The notes beneath the pieces were generated by a model, which saw only the letters and a program-made list of their open reading frames with translations, searched no databases and had not been told where the DNA came from. Below are positions 62,355 to 64,000 of a stretch of 64,000 bases of DNA, one piece after another. The position numbers were made by a program, and so were the translations under genes. Source of the stretch: an uncultured Verrucomicrobiae bacterium (GTDB taxonomy: Bacteria > Verrucomicrobiota > Verrucomicrobiia > Opitutales > JABDGR01); contig CAVXVB010000009.1 of assembly GCA_963765205.1 (NCBI GenBank), positions 544,001 through 608,000 on the forward strand, given 5' to 3'. Each line of letters begins with the position of its first letter. The first letter of the stretch is position 1.

Positions 62355-62516
62355 TGGATGAGGGCAGTCCCGGTCGAATTGCTCTGGCCGATTTACGGAT
62401 ACCACGCACAGAACACTTTTGGCTTATAACAACGGCATCGCTGCAATGATGAGCACTACAGCTAAAGTCTAGAAGCTTTCCATAAATGGTATAATATCCT
62501 GCCAGCCGCAAAAGTT

Positions 62517-62993
62517 TTACTGGAAACCAATATCAGCAACCTGCACTTGAATCGAACTGACATCTTTAAGCCGCACCTTCCCGTCAGAACTGGTAGTTGT
62601 CGCGCCATTACGCCCTACGGTATCTTTCGGAATTGTAGTAAATGTCGTGCTGGTATGCGGCGGGCAATTGACAGTAAACATAAAATCTAGATAATGCGGC
62701 CAATACGGGAGCGCGTTTCCTTTAGCGTCAAAGCACTGAAATGTTAGAGTGATTGTCTTGATGGCTTTGTCAGATTTATTGTAAAGAGTTCCAGAAATAT
62801 TACAGTAATTAGACTCGTTGTTGTAGGCTGCCATATCAGAGAAGATCATAAGAGCCGCATCTCTATGCTTTTCATAAATCGCCAAAAGTGAATTCCCCGA
62901 AACCAATAATAACCTTGCTCGCATAAAAATGACCCGGCAAAAATACGCGGAAACAACAATGCCAACAATGTAGAAAATGGTTCTGCGGTTCAT
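62517..62993 (-). CDS. FxLYD-like domain membrane-anchored protein
   Basis: ISGTLYNKSDK..KTITLTFQCFDAKGN; low GC. Confidence 0.65.
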   Translation of the reverse strand: MNRRTIFYIVGIVVSAYFCRVIFMRARLLLVSGNSLLAIYEKHRDAALMIFSDMAAYNNESNYCNISGTLYNKSDKAIKTITLTFQCFDAKGNALPYWPHYLDFMFTVNCPPHTSTTFTTIPKDTVGRNGATTTSSDGKVRLKDVSSIQVQVADIGFQ

Positions 62994-63215
62994 TTTGCGA
63001 TTGGTTTATGTCTGGAAAATTAACTCCTACGCCAGACCCCGGCAACCCAAAAGGGTCAAATCCCTGCCAGTTCTATCCGATTTGTGTCTTAATGGAATTA
63101 AAAATTAGGGAACTATATACAAAGTTACCCTAAGCCGGAAACCGGGTCTGGCAACCCTAAGCTGCGCCAGCCCCAAACGTAGGGAGTTAAAAAGTGTATT
63201 GGAGGGAAATGAAAA

Positions 63216-63665
63216 CTATTTCCGCTCTTCTTGTGGAATTTCTGTTCCGTCTGCTTGAAACATCTTTATGGCTTCCATTATTTGTGCGTCGGTGGGTCTG
63301 GATACGCCTTTTAAGACTACCAGATAGTGCAAAGCAGCCAGAACATTATTCTCGGTTTTGGCGTGCTTTTTTGTCGTCTTCTTGGCAAAAAGCCCTTGTG
63401 AAATCAATGCTGCCGGTGGGTTATTTAACAGTTCCAGAATATCATCCATTGCCTTGGAACAAAAACTGGATTTTTTGGCATCGTTATATTTCGTATTAAG
63501 ATACCTAGAAAAGACTTCCTTGGATTCAGTAGGTTTTGAATTTGGGCCTAGTCCTCTGACTAGGACTAAATATACCTCGTAATCTTCTGAAAATTTAGTG
63601 AAAGGATAGTCTATGGCTAAATTACTTCCATCCGTAATCTTTTCCAATGCCTCTTTAAACCCCAC
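63216..63665 (-). CDS. Hypothetical low-GC passenger protein
   Basis: 149-aa ORF directly downstream of transposase. Confidence 0.55.
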   Translation of the reverse strand: MGFKEALEKITDGSNLAIDYPFTKFSEDYEVYLVLVRGLGPNSKPTESKEVFSRYLNTKYNDAKKSSFCSKAMDDILELLNNPPAALISQGLFAKKTTKKHAKTENNVLAALHYLVVLKGVSRPTDAQIMEAIKMFQADGTEIPQEERK

Positions 63666-63697
63666 GCCAAGGGGTTAATGTATTTTTCTTGGTCTGC

Positions 63698-64000
63698 TCA
63701 TATAGGAAGGGTGTTTTTCGTGAGTCTTTTATAGCCCAACTGATTGCTCATGGCAACCTTTTCCACGGTATCGGAAAAGACAGTTTGTAGGCCATCTTTG
63801 CGACGGTTAAAACGATAGGCAAATTCGTCAACATACCGTTGCAAATGCTTGCGACTCATTGAATGGTAAATGCCGTAATACCCGCGCTTGAACAAGGCCC
63901 AAAAGGATTCAATGGTATTGGAATGGACATCGCCCCTTCTGACATACTGGCCGTCCTTGTGCTTTAGAATCTTGTGTCGGTAGAACTCTCCCATTTTGGA
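63698..64000 (-). CDS. IS1595-family transposase, C-terminal part
   Basis: H...YVRRGDVHSNTIESFWALFKRG..G.YH.MSRKHLQRYVDEFAYRFN. Confidence 0.9.
   Translation of the reverse strand, partial: SKMGEFYRHKILKHKDGQYVRRGDVHSNTIESFWALFKRGYYGIYHSMSRKHLQRYVDEFAYRFNRRKDGLQTVFSDTVEKVAMSNQLGYKRLTKNTLPI

Larger units (their letters stand above)
63109..64000 (-). mobile_element. IS1595-family element with passenger gene, continues beyond window
   Basis: Transposase C-terminus plus candidate end GGAACTATATAC at 63109 (end assignment from memory of family termini). Confidence 0.6.

Noticed and set aside
1..64000. CRISPR array or cas genes
   Set aside because: No constant 25-40 bp repeats with unique spacers; repeats are 7- or 9-bp periodic palindromes

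Overview
GC-rich bacterial chromosomal segment, probably Verrucomicrobiota (inferred from gene content, style and repeat types, not proven). The housekeeping backbone includes pyrE-tyrA-aroA, murA, aspS, kdsA, sppA, dnaX, sthA, tRNA-Arg(CCG) and 6S RNA. Also present are carboxynorspermidine dehydrogenase/decarboxylase, an Rrf2-sbp-cysTWA sulfate cluster plus cysH, carbohydrate enzymes, and a sigma54 activator/DUF2339 module. Small accessory insertions punctuate this backbone: HicAB, Uma2 plus an internally deleted DUF262 gene, IS630, IS1-like and IS1595 remnants, and many REP-like palindromes and heptamer arrays. Two signals stand out. (1) Three dispersed 'MKPKNFIL...KING(K/R)W' paralogues share an exactly spaced promoter-like cassette that appears derived from the 3' end of an IS1-like transposase; two of them end in the same ...ACACTACC terminus, suggesting IS-derived cassettes carrying a variable exported protein. 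(2) A ~330-nt densely base-paired non-coding region lies downstream of tRNA-Arg, facing a putative ssDNA-binding gene and a decayed rolling-circle Rep-like fragment. dnaX has an A9-TAA slippage site. About a dozen single-base frameshifts, several in otherwise intact genes, may be sequencing or assembly indels. All calls were made by eye; no database searches were run.
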